NCBI GenBank assembly: GCA_038087875.1 | Contig: CM075993.1 | Coordinates: 6,450,001-6,514,000 of the forward strand | Source: Malacoraja senta | Taxonomy: Eukaryota | Reading direction: 5' to 3' | DNA length: 64,000 nucleotides | Shown here: piece by piece, positions 12,910 to 25,587 of the stretch | Position numbering within the stretch: the stretch's first letter is position 1 | Layout of the letters: the number at the start of each line of letters is the position of its first letter | The notes under the pieces: generated by a model | Told to the model about the DNA's origin: nothing | Seen by the model: only the letters and a program-made list of their open reading frames with translations | Database searches by the model: none | Position numbers and translations under genes: made by a program

Positions 12910-13347
12910 TTACTCCAAGTACTTTGTGTCATTTTCTTTAAGGAGTTAACTTCACTGGGCCTTGCCTGACTCTGGCGATGAATGAAGGGGCGGTTTCAGA
13001 ACCTTCACCTCACACCGGATTTTATTGGGCTTTGTTTTTTTCCCACCAAAAATAATTTAAATCAACTATTTACAAAAATACACACAAAAATACAAACAAA
13101 CCCACCACCATAATTCGAAATAAACAAATATTTTAAATATATTAAATAACTATTTCCCCATCCTTATAGAGGATACATCCCACCCCCCCCCCGCGGTGCC
13201 CAGCGGTCCCGGAAATCCCCCGGGGCGCCCGTGGACAGCGCGTAGTCCCTCTCTAGTACCGCCCGGGCGCGGGCGTAACCTTGGAAACTGGGCAGGGCAT
13301 CTCACTGTGGCAGCCGCTCGACCAAAGTTTCTGTTTACACACTGTAT

Positions 13348-13488
13348 CTTCTTCTTCTGGCGTATGGCGTGCACAGCCTAAAGTTGGAGGACAACTTGTT
13401 CTATTTGATCTTATTTGATTGTGCACGCCGGGTCGATTGCATTCGTTGAAACAGGGCGGACCACGTGAAGGTTGCAATCTCCCACCCC
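13348..13488 (-). mobile_element. ~140-bp non-tRNA retroposon (Vingi/ingi-like non-autonomous) with (AAG)n tail
   Basis: 11-bp TSD acacactgtat at 13337-13347 and 13489-13499; a second, internally deleted copy at 46395-46489 starts at the same base. Confidence 0.8.
13435..13488 (-). ncRNA. Predicted minimal HDV-like (CPEB3-type) self-cleaving ribozyme
   Basis: P1 GGGGUGG/CCGCCCU (G1.U wobble), P2 GAUUGCA/UGCAAUC, P3 ACC/GGU, L3 UUCACGU, J4/2 CGAA; P4 vestigial. Confidence 0.75.
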
Positions 13489-13788
13489 ACACACTGTATG
13501 ACGCTATGACTCTGTGCCTGGATGCAGGGTAGAATGTAGATAAGGCTGTGAATCTAGATGAGGCGAGTACACTTCAGGCCTGATCAACACTCGGTCTCAA
13601 CAAGTCAAATCTCGCAATGGATGCAAATAAAAAACGCACGCATTTATACTCTGGTAGCACCTTTCTTGAAAAGATCAGATCAAGAGTTCCCGTTTAAGAA
13701 GGAACTGCAGATGCTGGAAAAATCGAAGGCAGACAAAAATGCTGGAGAAACTCAGCGGGTGAGGCAGCATCTATGGAGCGAAGGAATA

Positions 13789-13822
13789 GGTGACGTTTCG
13801 GGTCGAGACCCTTCTTCAGACT
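13789..13822 (-). ncRNA. Minimal hammerhead ribozyme motif in a Penelope-derived repeat (best-preserved copy)
   Basis: CUGAAGA-A-GGGU(CUCG)ACCC-GAAA-CGUC; palindromic ACGU stem III; weak stem I. Confidence 0.6.
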
Positions 13823-13919
13823 GATGTGGGGGTGGGGGGGGAGCGGCAAGAAGAAAGGAAGAGGTGGAGAGTGGGCTGTGGGAGAGCTGGGAAGGGGAGG
13901 GCAAGTTCCTCTTTCTTTT

Positions 13920-14336
13920 AATTTGTATATTTTGTATTTGTGTATATGTATATTTGTATATGTGTATATGTATATACAGATACTGTATGTGGCTATGTAT
14001 ATATATATATGTGTATATACTGTACATATATATTATATATTCACACACACGCACACACACACACACGCGTGTATATATATATATATATGGTATACATGTG
14101 TGTATATATGTGTATATTTACATGTGTGTATAATATATGTGTTTGTACAAATATATATATGTGTATATCATTTATAGACACATACATATCCATATACACA
14201 CATATATTTTATATTTTTCTCTCTCGTTTATCATATTGTTTACAGTGTACTATGTTTACATATTCTGTTGTGCTGCAGCAAGTATTACATTGTTCTACCT
14301 GGGACATGTGACAATACAACACTCTTGACTTGACAT

Positions 14337-14396
<60 letters not shown>
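13920..14396. repeat. Compound (TA)/(TG) low-complexity tract and (CA)~29 microsatellite
   Basis: Seen directly. Confidence 0.9.
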
Positions 14397-14399
<3 letters not shown>

Positions 14400-16070
14400 A
14401 CAATAATACACACATAAAATAACTCCTTTCCTGCAGTCTGAAGAAGGGTCTCGATCCGAAATGTCACCCATTCCTTCTCTCCAGAGATGCTGCCTGTCCC
14501 GTTGAGTTACTCCAGCATTTTGTGTCTAGCTTCCTTTCTTGCAGCTACCGTTTGCCATGGTTGATAGTTCGGTCCTGTACCTCACCCTGTGAGGATCATG
14601 ACAATCAAACGTTCTGGACTCTTGGTGACCAACTGAGGACAGGGAGGGGGGGGTGTGTGTCCATGAAGATCCAGCTGAGGAGCATAACCAAGGACGAGTC
14701 GCATCTCCCCTCTCCCATCGGGCAAAAGGTGCAGAAGGGTGAGAACGTCCATGAAGATCCAGCTGAGGAGTTGGCGTGGGTGGAGGGAAGCAATGTTGGG
14801 TTAGTTCCTGCAGTCCGTCCTGTGTCTATCGGTGTGAAGACACTGATGGCTCAGCATTCCCCTGACCAGTGGTCAGCAAGATCCTCATGATTCCAGACCT
14901 TCACCGAGGCTGCGGGCACTGCAGGCCAGACCCTCTCCTGCAGGCTCACACGTCTCTGCTAAACCCCATCTTTTGGTATCTTCGTGCTCTATCGCCAAGA
15001 GATGGTCATCGAGTCATATCGTCACAGACCCATGGAGATGAAGAGTCATAGTGTCAGAGTCATAGAGTCATAATCATAGTCATAGAGCCATGTCGTCACA
15101 ATCACATAATATGACATAACTGAAGCCCTTCTGTCTGGTCCAGAACCAGGGGCCACAGTTTACGAATAAGGGGTAAGCCATTTAGAACGGAGATGAGGAA
15201 ACACCTTTTCACACAGAGAGTTGTGAGTGTGGAATTCTCTGCTTCAGAGGGCGGTGGAGGCCGGTTCTCTGGATACTTTCAAGAGAGAGCTAGATAGGGC
15301 TCTTAAAGATAGCAGAGTCAGGGGATATGGGGAGAAGGCAGGAACGGGATACTGATTGGGGATGATCAGCCATGATCACATTGAATGGCGGTGCTGGCTC
15401 TAAAGGGCCGAATGGCCTACTCCTGCACCTATTGTCTATTGTCTATTGTCTCAATAACATCCCTGTGAACCTTACCCTTTCCAGCTCAACGACGCTCTTC
15501 CCATATCTGGGCGATATTTATCTGTGTGCAAACAATACTCCAAGTGTGATCTCACCAATGAGTTGTGTAGTTGCAACATAATACTCCACCACCTGTACTT
15601 AATGTCCTAACCATAGAAGGCAAGTGTTCCAAATACCTCCCCCACCACCCTGTCTGCCTGTCACCAAGATCCAAGAACTATGTTACCTGTATTCCTACGT
15701 TTCTCTATTCTGCGCCATTCTTCAGGGCCCCAAAGAATGAAGAAAAAGAAGCAAGATGCAAGAGAGAGAAGAAAAGACCCCTGAACTACCAAAGAAGTGC
15801 GAGAAGAAAAAAAAGAAATGAGAAAAAAAAGACGGAGATATGCCCCACTGTCCTTCAATGTACAAGAGTGTTGGGCATTTTGTTTTTTTGTCGGGCGTTG
15901 TGGGATGGATTCAAAGTGCATTTCATTCCCTGCAACTCCCTGTATTTGGAAATTCTCTTTCCATCAGGTTTTGATGTTTAGTTTAGAGATACAGCGCGAA
16001 ACAGGCCCTACGGCCCACCGGGTCCGCGCCGACCAGCGATCCCCGCACATTAACACTCTCCCACTGGGAA

Positions 16071-17580
16071 CAATTCAATTCAATTCAATTCAATTCAACT
16101 TTAATGTCATTGCACAAATACTGAGTATGGGTACAACGAAATGCAGTTTTGCGTCAGTCCGTAGTAGTAGTGCAATATAGAAATTTTTTAAAAAGAGGAT
16201 ACAGAATAATCAAAAATACAGAATAATTAACAATGGGGACGGAGGGACCGGAGGAATCTATCGGCGGGACTCCGAGTTCAGCAATGCGACGGTATAATTG
16301 TAGAAGCTGTTCCTCATCCTACTGGTATGAGACCTGAGGCTCCTGTACCGCCTCCCTGATGGGAGGAGGGCAAACAGTCCATGGTTGGGGTGGGAGGGGT
16401 CTTTAATGATCTTCCCAGCACGTTTCAGACACCGTTTTCGGTGGAGAGCATCCATGGCAGGGAGCGGGGCACCGATGATGTGCTGCGCGGTTTTCACCAC
16501 CCGTTGTAGTGCCTTCCTGTCCGCAACAGTGCAGCTGCTGTACCATACCGTGAAGCAGGTGGTCAGGATGCTCTCGATGGTACACTGGTAGAAGTTGGTC
16601 AGGATCTGGGGGGACAGGTGGGCTTTCTTGAGCCTCCTCAGGAAGTAAAGGCGTTGCTGTGCCTTTTTGATCAGCTTGGAGGTGTTGAGGGACCAGGACA
16701 AATCCTCCGAGATGTGTACCCCGAGGAATTTGGAGCTGGAGACGCGCTCCACCTCAGTCCCGTTTATATGGATGGGGGTATGTCTGCCCCCTCTGACCTT
16801 CCTGAAGTCGACAATAATTTCCTTCGTCTTCTTGGAGTTGAGGACGAGGTTATTGTTGGCACACCAGGTTGTCAGGTGCTGGACCTCCTCTCTGTAGGCT
16901 GACTCACCGTTGTCACTGATCAGTCCTACCACCGTGGTGTCGTCAGCAAACTTAATGATGGCGTTGGATCCGTACTTAGGGATGCAGTCGTGGGTGAAGA
17001 GGGAGTAGAGGAGAGGGCTGAGCACACAGCCCTGTTCAGTGTTATAGTGGAGGAGGTGAGGTTGTTGACCCTAACAGACTGTGGTCTGTTGGTGAGGAAA
17101 TCCAGTGTCCAGTTGCAGAGGGAGGTGGAGATGCCAAGCCCGCTGAGTTTGGTGATCAAGCTGGCGGGGATGACAGTGTTAAAAGCGGAGCTGAAATCAA
17201 TGAACAGCAACCTGATGTAGGAGTTGTTGTTGTCCAGGTGGGTCAGGGCAGAGTGTAGGGCCACCAATATGGCGTCCTCTGTAGACCTGTTGGCCCGGTA
17301 GGCAAACTGATGGGGGTCCAGTGTGGGGGGGAGGCTGGCTTTGAGGTGAGCCAAGATCAGCCGCTCAAAGCACTTAGCAATGACAGGGGTGAGTGCCACT
17401 GGGCGGAAATCGTTGAGGCTCCCTGTGGCTGACTGTTTGGGCACTGGCACGATGGTTGATGTCTTGAGGCAAGTGGGGACAACACCCTGGACCAGTGAGA
17501 GATTGAAAATGTCGGTAAAGACTGGGGATAGTTGTCCAGCACATGCCCTAAGCACATGCCCTAAGCACATGCCCTAAGCA
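16071..17580 (-). mobile_element. Rex1/Babar-like LINE, 5'-truncated, (TTGAA)n tail, inserted in an HE1 SINE
   Basis: RT ORFs 16926..17570 and 16258..17025 ([23 protein letters not shown]). Confidence 0.9.
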
Positions 17581-19910
17581 CAATTTTTACATTTACACCA
17601 AGCCAATTATCCTGCAAACCTGTACGTCTTTGGTGGGTGGGAGGAAACCGGAGATCTCGGAGAAAACCCACGCAGGTCACGGGGAGAAGGTACAAACTCC
17701 GTACAGGCAGCACCCGTGGTCAGGATCGAACCCGGGTCTCTGGCGCTGTAAGGCAGCAACTCTACCGCTGCGCCACCATGCTGCCCTAAAGTCCAGACCG
17801 ACAACACTGTGTATGTACAGACTGAAGGACACCTACACTGTAAAGATAAGAAGCACCCCAACCCGAAACATCACACAAACTAACCTCCCTTCCGTTGACC
17901 CTATTTATACCTCACGCTGCCTCGGCAAGGCCAGCAGCGTAATCAAGGACAAGTCGCACCCTGGCCACTCCCTCTTCTCCCCTCTCCCATCGGGCAAAAC
18001 GTACAGAAGTGTGAAACGCACATCTCCATATTTGAGGACAGATTCTTCCCAGCTGTTATCAGGCAACTGAATCATCCTACCACAACCAGAGAGCAGCGTT
18101 GAACTACTGCTATCTGTCTCTTTGATCGGACTTTACTGGCTTTATCTTGCACTAAACGTTATTCCCTAATCATGTATCAGTACACTGAATGGATCGATTG
18201 TAATCATGTATTGTCTTTCCACTGACTGGTTAGCACGCAACACAAGCTTTTCACCGTACCTCGGTACACGTGACAATAAACTAAACTGAACTGAGCTGAA
18301 CTTCATCCATTCCTTGTTCTCTGCTAAACTCCCTTCAAAAGAAACACACTTTTCAGCTCAATAATCCGTGCAGGTTGCTATTTACCAGACAGCCTGGCAT
18401 TCGCCCTTGTAGGAAGGAACTGCAGTCTGAAGAAGGGACATGATCCGAAACGCCACCCCTTCCTTCTATCCAGAGATGCTGCCTGTCCTGCTGAGTTACT
18501 CCAGCATTTTGTGTCTACCTTTGGTGTTTACCATTAACAAGCCTGTTTCTATGCACTGTATAAATGCTTTAATCTGTTAATAGCGTTAATTAAATATTAT
18601 TTCTATCATTGGATATTGGCACACGCCATAGAATTAATGCCTCACCATGTAAGATTAACGTAGTAACAGCTGGTCTTGTAAACTTCCCTTAAAACAGTGA
18701 AATGTCAATATTGACATGAAGTTTACGTTGTAAGCTTGGGTTGTCATGGTCACTTCTGCTGAGAGGCTGCCAGCCTGGTTATTATTTGTGTGTAGGAAGG
18801 AACTGCAGATGCTGGTCTACACCAAAGATAGACACAAAAAGCAGGAGTACCTCAGCGGGACAGGCAGCATCTCTGGAGAGAAGGAATGGGAGACGTTTCG
18901 GGTCGGGACCCTTATTCAGATTGTCTGGAGAGAAGGATTGGTTGACGTTTCCACAAGGCTGGAGTTTTGTCACCCAACACCCTGCATAGCGATGGCCTTC
19001 CTTCATGCAGATGCCCAGATCTTCACAGAAGACACCCTACAAACAGCTATCTGTCCTAGGTCTCCTCCACTGTCAGAGTGAGGCTAAACGCAAATTGAAA
19101 GAACAGCGTCTTATATTTTGCTTGGGCAGCTTACAGCCCAGTGGTATAAATCTTGATATCTCTCACTTCAGGTAGCCCCGGCATTCCCTCTCTCTCTATC
19201 CCTCCCCCCACCCAAGTCACACCAGCTTCTCGTTTTCACCCACAAACGTACAAACCCCGTACAGACAGCATCCAGGGGTCAGGATCAAACCGGGGTCTCT
19301 GGCGCTGTAGGGCGGCAATTCTACCGCTGCACCACTGTGCCACCGTGGTGGGCCGTAAGGCCAGTTTCCATGCCGCAAGCTCTAAACTAAGCTAAACTTA
19401 ACCCACTATGCCACCAATTCTGGTGCCATCTGCAAACTTACCAATCATGCCACCTGCAATTCTCATCCAAATCATTAGTGTATAGATGACAAACAGTGGG
19501 CCCGGTACTGACGCCCTGTGGTACACAGGGCGTCTCCAATCTGAAAAACAACCCTCCACGACCACCATTTCCATCCTGTCACCAGTTTGCAGTTTATTTC
19601 CACTTTGAATGAATGTTTGATGTAAATCAGATCTAGAACCAGATCCAGATTTTAAAAAAGATGAATATGCTCGGAGCCTGAAATGTAAAGATAAGTTGGA
19701 AATACCCAGCGGAAAACAAATAGAAAGAGAAACAGCTTCATCGTTCCAGAGAAAGATATTGATCGCTTCAAATCCCTGTCAGCAACGTATCACGTATTAT
19801 TTTCATCGAGATATCAATAAGTTATTTCGGAATCTTAGTAGCAGCCTTTTCCATTACATCAAACACTGTAATGCCTCATCTGATATTTCTTTCAACTTTT
19901 AATTTATTAA

Positions 19911-20346
19911 TAGAGGTTGAGCAGGCTGGGTCTCTATTCCTTGGAGCGCAGGAGGATGAGGGGTGATCTTATAGAGGTGTATAAAATCATGAGAGGAATA
20001 GATCGGGTAGATGCACAGAATCTCTTGCCCAGAGTAGGGGAATCGAGGACCAGAGGACAGAGGTTCAAGGTGAAGGGGAAAAGATTTAATAGGAATCTGA
20101 GGGGTAATTTTTTCACACAAAGGGTGGTGGTTGTATGGAACAAGCTGCCAGAGGAGGTAGTTGAGGCTGGGACTATCCCAACGTTTAAGAAACAGTTAGA
20201 CAGGTACATGGATCGGTCAAGTTTGGAGGGATATGGATCAAGCGCAGGCAGGTGGGACAAGTGTAGCTGGGGAATGTCGACCGGTGTGTGCATGTTGGGC
20301 TGAAGGGCCTGTTTCCACACTGTATCACTATGACTCTATGACTCTA
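19911..20346 (+). mobile_element. CR1 3' fragment. Similar pieces at ~11760-12270, 15138-15450, 24420-24760, 30220-30600, 35265-35520, 38945-39200, 40026-40625, 45275-45735, 50945-52040, 55075-55285, 63065-63435
   Basis: LGLYSLERRRMRGDLIEVYKIM...RNLRGNFFTQRVV..WNKLP; tail gggcctgtttccacactgtatcact(atgactct)n. Confidence 0.88.
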
Positions 20347-20792
20347 ACAGGATAAATTTAACATCTTCCCAATGCTTCCTTTGAGCACAATCCCCCTCAG
20401 TTACTACAGAAGATATGGTTTCCTTTTGCAAACATTGTCCAGGGACATATTTAATTTATTTTAGTTCAGATAAGTTTAGAGATACGTGTGAAACAGGCCC
20501 TTCGACCCACTGATCCACTCTGTACAGACAGCACCCGTAGTCAGGATCAAACCCAGGTCTATGGCGTTGTGAGGCAGCAACTCTACCGCTGCGCCATCAT
20601 GCCGCTCAATGTAATCTGGCTGAGCGAGGTTCAGCCTGCTGTGTGTTATCACAAACCTCCTGACTGTTGAAACCTGGCCATGACAGCTGTTGGGTGGTGA
20701 ATCTGTGGAATTCATTGCCACAGATGGCTGTGGCGGCCAAGCCAATGGGTATATTTAAGGCAGAGATAGATAGATTCTTGATTAGTACGGGT

Positions 20793-21125
20793 ACCCACAC
20801 CATCCTGGCCACACACTCATCTCCCCGCTACCTTCAGGTAGAAGGTACAGGAGCCTGAAGACTGCAATGACCAGGTTCAGGAATAGCTACTTCCCCACAG
20901 CCATCAGGCTATTAAACTTGGCTCGGACTAAATTCTGAACATTAGTAGCCCATTATCTGTTTATTTGCACTTTATCAGTTTATTTATTCATGTGTGTATA
21001 TATTTATATAATGGTATATGGACACACTGATCTGTTTTGTAGTCAATGCCTACTATGTTCTGTTGTGCTGAAGCAAAGCAAGAATTTCATTGTCCTATCT
21101 GGGACACATGACAATAAACTCTCTT
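20793..21125 (+). mobile_element. Rex1/Babar-like LINE 3' end (same family as 1-565)
   Basis: [20 protein letters not shown] plus the same 3'UTR and tail. Confidence 0.85.
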
Positions 21126-21230
21126 GAATCCATCAGAGGTTGTGGGAGAAGGCAGGAGTATGGGGTTAGGAGGGAGAGATAGATCAGCCATGATTGAATG
21201 GGGGAGTAGATTTGATGGACCGAATGGCCT

Positions 21231-24212
21231 AATTCAATTCAATTCAATTCAATTCAATTCCTTTATTGTCATCTTGCAACCAACAGTTGTGCAGTGCAAA
21301 ACGAAAAGACGTTTCCCAGGGAATACCGGAGCATCGCACATGAAGTTTAAAACATTTCACACATAATAATAACAACACTAAAACAATCCAGTCCCTGATG
21401 GAACAGTATAAAAACAACGTTAAAATACAGTAAGACCAATCATAAACATGTCCGGGGTGGCTGATTTGAGTGGCCAGTGCTAGTTATTGAAGTGGCCAGT
21501 GCCAGTTATTATAGAGTCCGTGCCAAGCCGCAGAATCAGGTGACTGTAAGTACAGAGTGGCTGTTTAGCAGCCTCACAGCATATGGCAGGAAGCTGTTTC
21601 GCAGTCTTGTAGTCCGGGCTTTGATGCTGCGATATCTCTTGCCTGATGGCAGGAGATCCAGGTGTATGTGGAGGGGGTGCAGTTTGTCCTTAGCAATTCG
21701 CTGAGCTTTTTTCCGACAGCGGCTCAGGAACAGTTCTTGTACCGAGGGTAGGGAGACGCCAATGATCTTCTCTGCTCCCCTCACTACCCTCTGCAGAGCC
21801 TTCCTGTCCGAGCAGTTGCAGGTGGAGTACCACGTATTTAAACAGTACGTGAGTACAGACTCCACCGTACCCCTGTAGAAAGTCCTGAGGATGTTGGTGG
21901 GGAGTGAGGCCTGTTTTAGTTTCCTCAGGAAGTGCAGTCGCTGATGGGCCCTTTTTTACGGTCCCAGTGGTGTTTCTGGACCAGGTGAGGCTGTCTGTAA
22001 TTTGCACCCCAAGGAACTTTATGCTCTCCACTCTCCCCACTGTGGCGCCACTGATGTTAAGGGGTATATGCTTTGGCTGCGCCCTCCTGAAGTCGACAAC
22101 CATCTCCTTTGTTTTGTCGACATTTAATTCTAGGTTATTTTTGCCGCACCAGTCCACTAGTTGTTTTACTTCCTCCCTGTACATTGATTCATCATCTCCG
22201 CTGATGAGTCCCACCACTGTTGTGTCATCCGCGAATGTTATGATTTTATTTTCCCTGAATCTGGCAGCACAATCATGTGTGAGCAATGTGAACAACAGCG
22301 GGCTGAGCACACAGCCTTGAGGGGAGCCGGTGCTCAGCGTGATCGAGCCTGAAGTGTTCTTGCCCACACGGTCTGACTGCGGTCTCTCTGTCAGAACGTC
22401 CAAGATCCATTGACACAGGGTGGTGTTGAGGCCCAGCAGGGTTAGTTTCTCCACAAGTCTCTGTGGGATGATGGTGTTGAACGCAGAGCTGAAGTCAATG
22501 TACAGGATTCTGGCGTATGTGTTTCTGTTTTCCAGATGCGTGAGCACTGTGTGCAGCGTGGTAGAGATGGCATCCTCTGTAGAACGGTTGGGGCGATAGG
22601 CAAACTGGAGGGGGTCTAACGATGAGCGGAGGCTGGCAGTAATGTGGGGTTTCACCAGGCGTTCAAAACACTTCATTATTATTGGGGTCAGGGCGACAGG
22701 GCGGTAGTCATTTAGGCAGGCAACAACTGGTTTCTTCGCTATTGGGATTATTGTACTCGTTTTGAGGCATGTGGGGACAATGGCTTGACTGAGGGAGATG
22801 TTATAGATGTCCGTTAGCACATATGCTAACTCCTCAGCACATTCCTTAAGCACACGTCCTGGGATGTTATCGGGTCCGACTGCTTTCCACGGGTTGACCT
22901 TAGACAGGATTCTCCGTGTGTCCATAGGGTCTATGGTCAGTACTGGCTGGTCGGTTTGTATGCAGGGACTTGTTCTCCCCTTGGGTGTGGTGTTTGCTGC
23001 ATCAAAACGAGCGAAGAAGTTGTTTAGTTCATCAGGGAGAGAAGAATCCGTGTCAGTTACCTGCTGCCTTGCCTTGTACCCCGGTCAGTGTTTGGATTCC
23101 CTTCCACATCCTCCTGGTGTCTCCTGTGTCACAGAGGTGTCCCTGGATTTTTCCCGCGTAGGCGCGTTTCGCTGCCCCGATTCCTTTTTCCAGTGCAGTC
23201 CTGCTAGATCGAAGAGCGGATGTGTTACTGGCTCTGTAGGCTGCATCACGAGCCCTCAGCAGTGAGCGTACCTCTGCTGTCATCCATGGCTTTTTGTTTC
23301 CACGTGCAGTGAAGGTTTTCATGATGGTGACATCCTCGGTGCACTTGGCAATGTAGCTGGTTACAGTCTCTGCGTACTCCTCGATGTTGATGAGGTCGTC
23401 ATAGGATGCCGCTGTCCTGAACACATCCCAGTCAGTGTGCAGGAAGCAATCCTGCAGTGCTGAGGCTGCTCCCTCTGGCCAGACCCTGGTGTGTTTTCTC
23501 TCCGCTCTGGCTTGTTTCTGCCGAGGTCTGTAGGCTGGTGTTAAGAACACTGAAATGTGGTCCGAGTGGCCCAGGTGAGGGCATGGGGCTGCCGTGTAAG
23601 CCTCTGGGGTGTTGGTGTAAACCAAGTCCAAGATGTTCTCTCCCCTGGTCTCAAAATCCACATATTGCTTGAATTTTGGGAGCACCGTCTTAAGGCTGGT
23701 GTGATTAAAATCCCCGGCCACCACAATGAAGCTATCAGGATGTTTGGTCTGGAACTCACTGATGGCGTCATGCAGAGCTCCCAGTGCTTCGTTGGCCTTA
23801 GAATTTACATTATCACTTGGAGCAACATATACAGCCACAACAAAAACAACGGAGAATTCCCTCGGCAGATAGAAAGGCCGACATTTCACGATGAGGAATT
23901 CTATCAGCGGAGATCAGTGTTTCCCAGCTATTGTAGCGTTCACACACCAGTCCTTGTTTATGTACAAGCACAGGCCTCCACCTCGGCTCTTACTAGAGCC
24001 AGCTGCCTCTCTGTCCGCACGGAACTATGTCATTCCCTCCAGCTGTATTGCTGTGTCTGGGACATCACCGTGGAGCCATGACTCCGTGAAAACAAACACA
24101 CAGCAGTCTCTAATGTCCCTGTATGTTGTAACGAGAAGACGCAGTTCGTCAAGTTTGTTGTCCAGGGAGCGGACATTAGAGAGGAGAAGCGAGGGCATTG
24201 CAGGTCTAGTTC
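21231..24212 (-). mobile_element. Rex1/Babar-like LINE, ~3 kb, APE endonuclease plus RT, disrupted
   Basis: [32 protein letters not shown] (APE); YRPVALT, FADD (RT); (TTGAA)n tail. Confidence 0.92.
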
Positions 24213-25587
24213 TACTATCACGTGACCTTATGACTTATGACCTTATGCTAATCAAAGTTTAATGTTGGACATTTCACAAACAGACTAAGAGTTTTATGTT
24301 GCAAGATGTTTTGTAGCATGAGGTGATTAATTTCACACAGAGACCCAATTAATGAGACCCAAAGGGAGAAGTATAATCAGTCATGATTATGGCAGGCAAT
24401 GTGATAGGTCGTTCATTCACCATTAGGTCATTAGGGATAGGAGCAGAATTAAGCCATTCAGCCCATCAAGTCTACTCCGTCATTCAATCATGGCTGATCT
24501 ATCTCTCCTTCCTAACCCCATTCTCCTGCCTTCTCCCCATCACCTCTGACACTCGTACTAATCAAGAATCTATCTATCTCTGCCTTAAAAATATACAATG
24601 ACTTGGCCTCCACAGCCTTTTGTGGCAAAGAATTCCACAGATTAACCACCCTCTGACTATAGATATCTTCCTAAAAGAACGCCCTTTGATTCTGAGGTGA
24701 TCACCTCTATTGATAGACTCTCCCTCCCACCAGTGGAAACATCCTTTCCACATCCATATTGTGGTCACTTCCTCCTAGTGGTTCCATTACTTTCTCTTAT
24801 TAAGAGAGTCTAGGTGCTGTCTGTACGGAGTTTGTACGTTCTCCCCGTGACCCGCGTGGGTTTTCTCCGAGATCTTCGGTTTCCTCCCACACTCCAAAGA
24901 CGTACAGGTTTGTAGGTTACTTGGCTTGGCGTGTGTGTTTAAAATTGTCCCTAGTGTGTGCCGGAGAGTGTTAATGTGCGGGGATCGCTGGTCGGTGCAG
25001 ACTCGGTGGGCCGAAGGGCCTGTTTCCCCGCTGTGTCTCTCAACGAAACAAAATTGATCCAATAAGCTCTCTTATTAAGTCTGGTTCACTGCACGACACT
25101 AAATCTAGAACTGGCTTGTATCGCAACGTGTTTTGTAACAAGCGCTGATTAGGTGATCAGAGCGAGTGATCGCCATTCGGACAGAAAGGAGGGAGAGATG
25201 TGAGATCAGTCATGGTTCATCATCGGCGGTCACTCGAAACGAGTATGACTGTCCTCTCCTCTCCATCGGGTCGTCTACTTGTGGGTCTGCAGATGTCTGT
25301 AGAGGCCGATCCGCGATCCACACACACCTTGGTCGTGGTTACAAGGCAGACCATGTAGGTGGGTCGTTCATTTGTGATACGCTCAGTACGATACGATAGA
25401 ACTTTATTCATCCCCGGAGGGAGATTGGTCTGCCGACAGTCACAACGCGCAAGGAACACTTGAAATTAAAATTAAATTAAAAGTGAACAAAAAAGAAAAA
25501 AGGCAAGCGACGAACCGGAAGGGACGAACGAACAAACAAACGCAGACGTATCCCCTGGGTAGAGGATTCTAAACTAGTGTATGTACC

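Noticed and set aside
13824..14467. Cys/Tyr/Ile/Val-rich ORFs
   Set aside because: Microsatellite translations.
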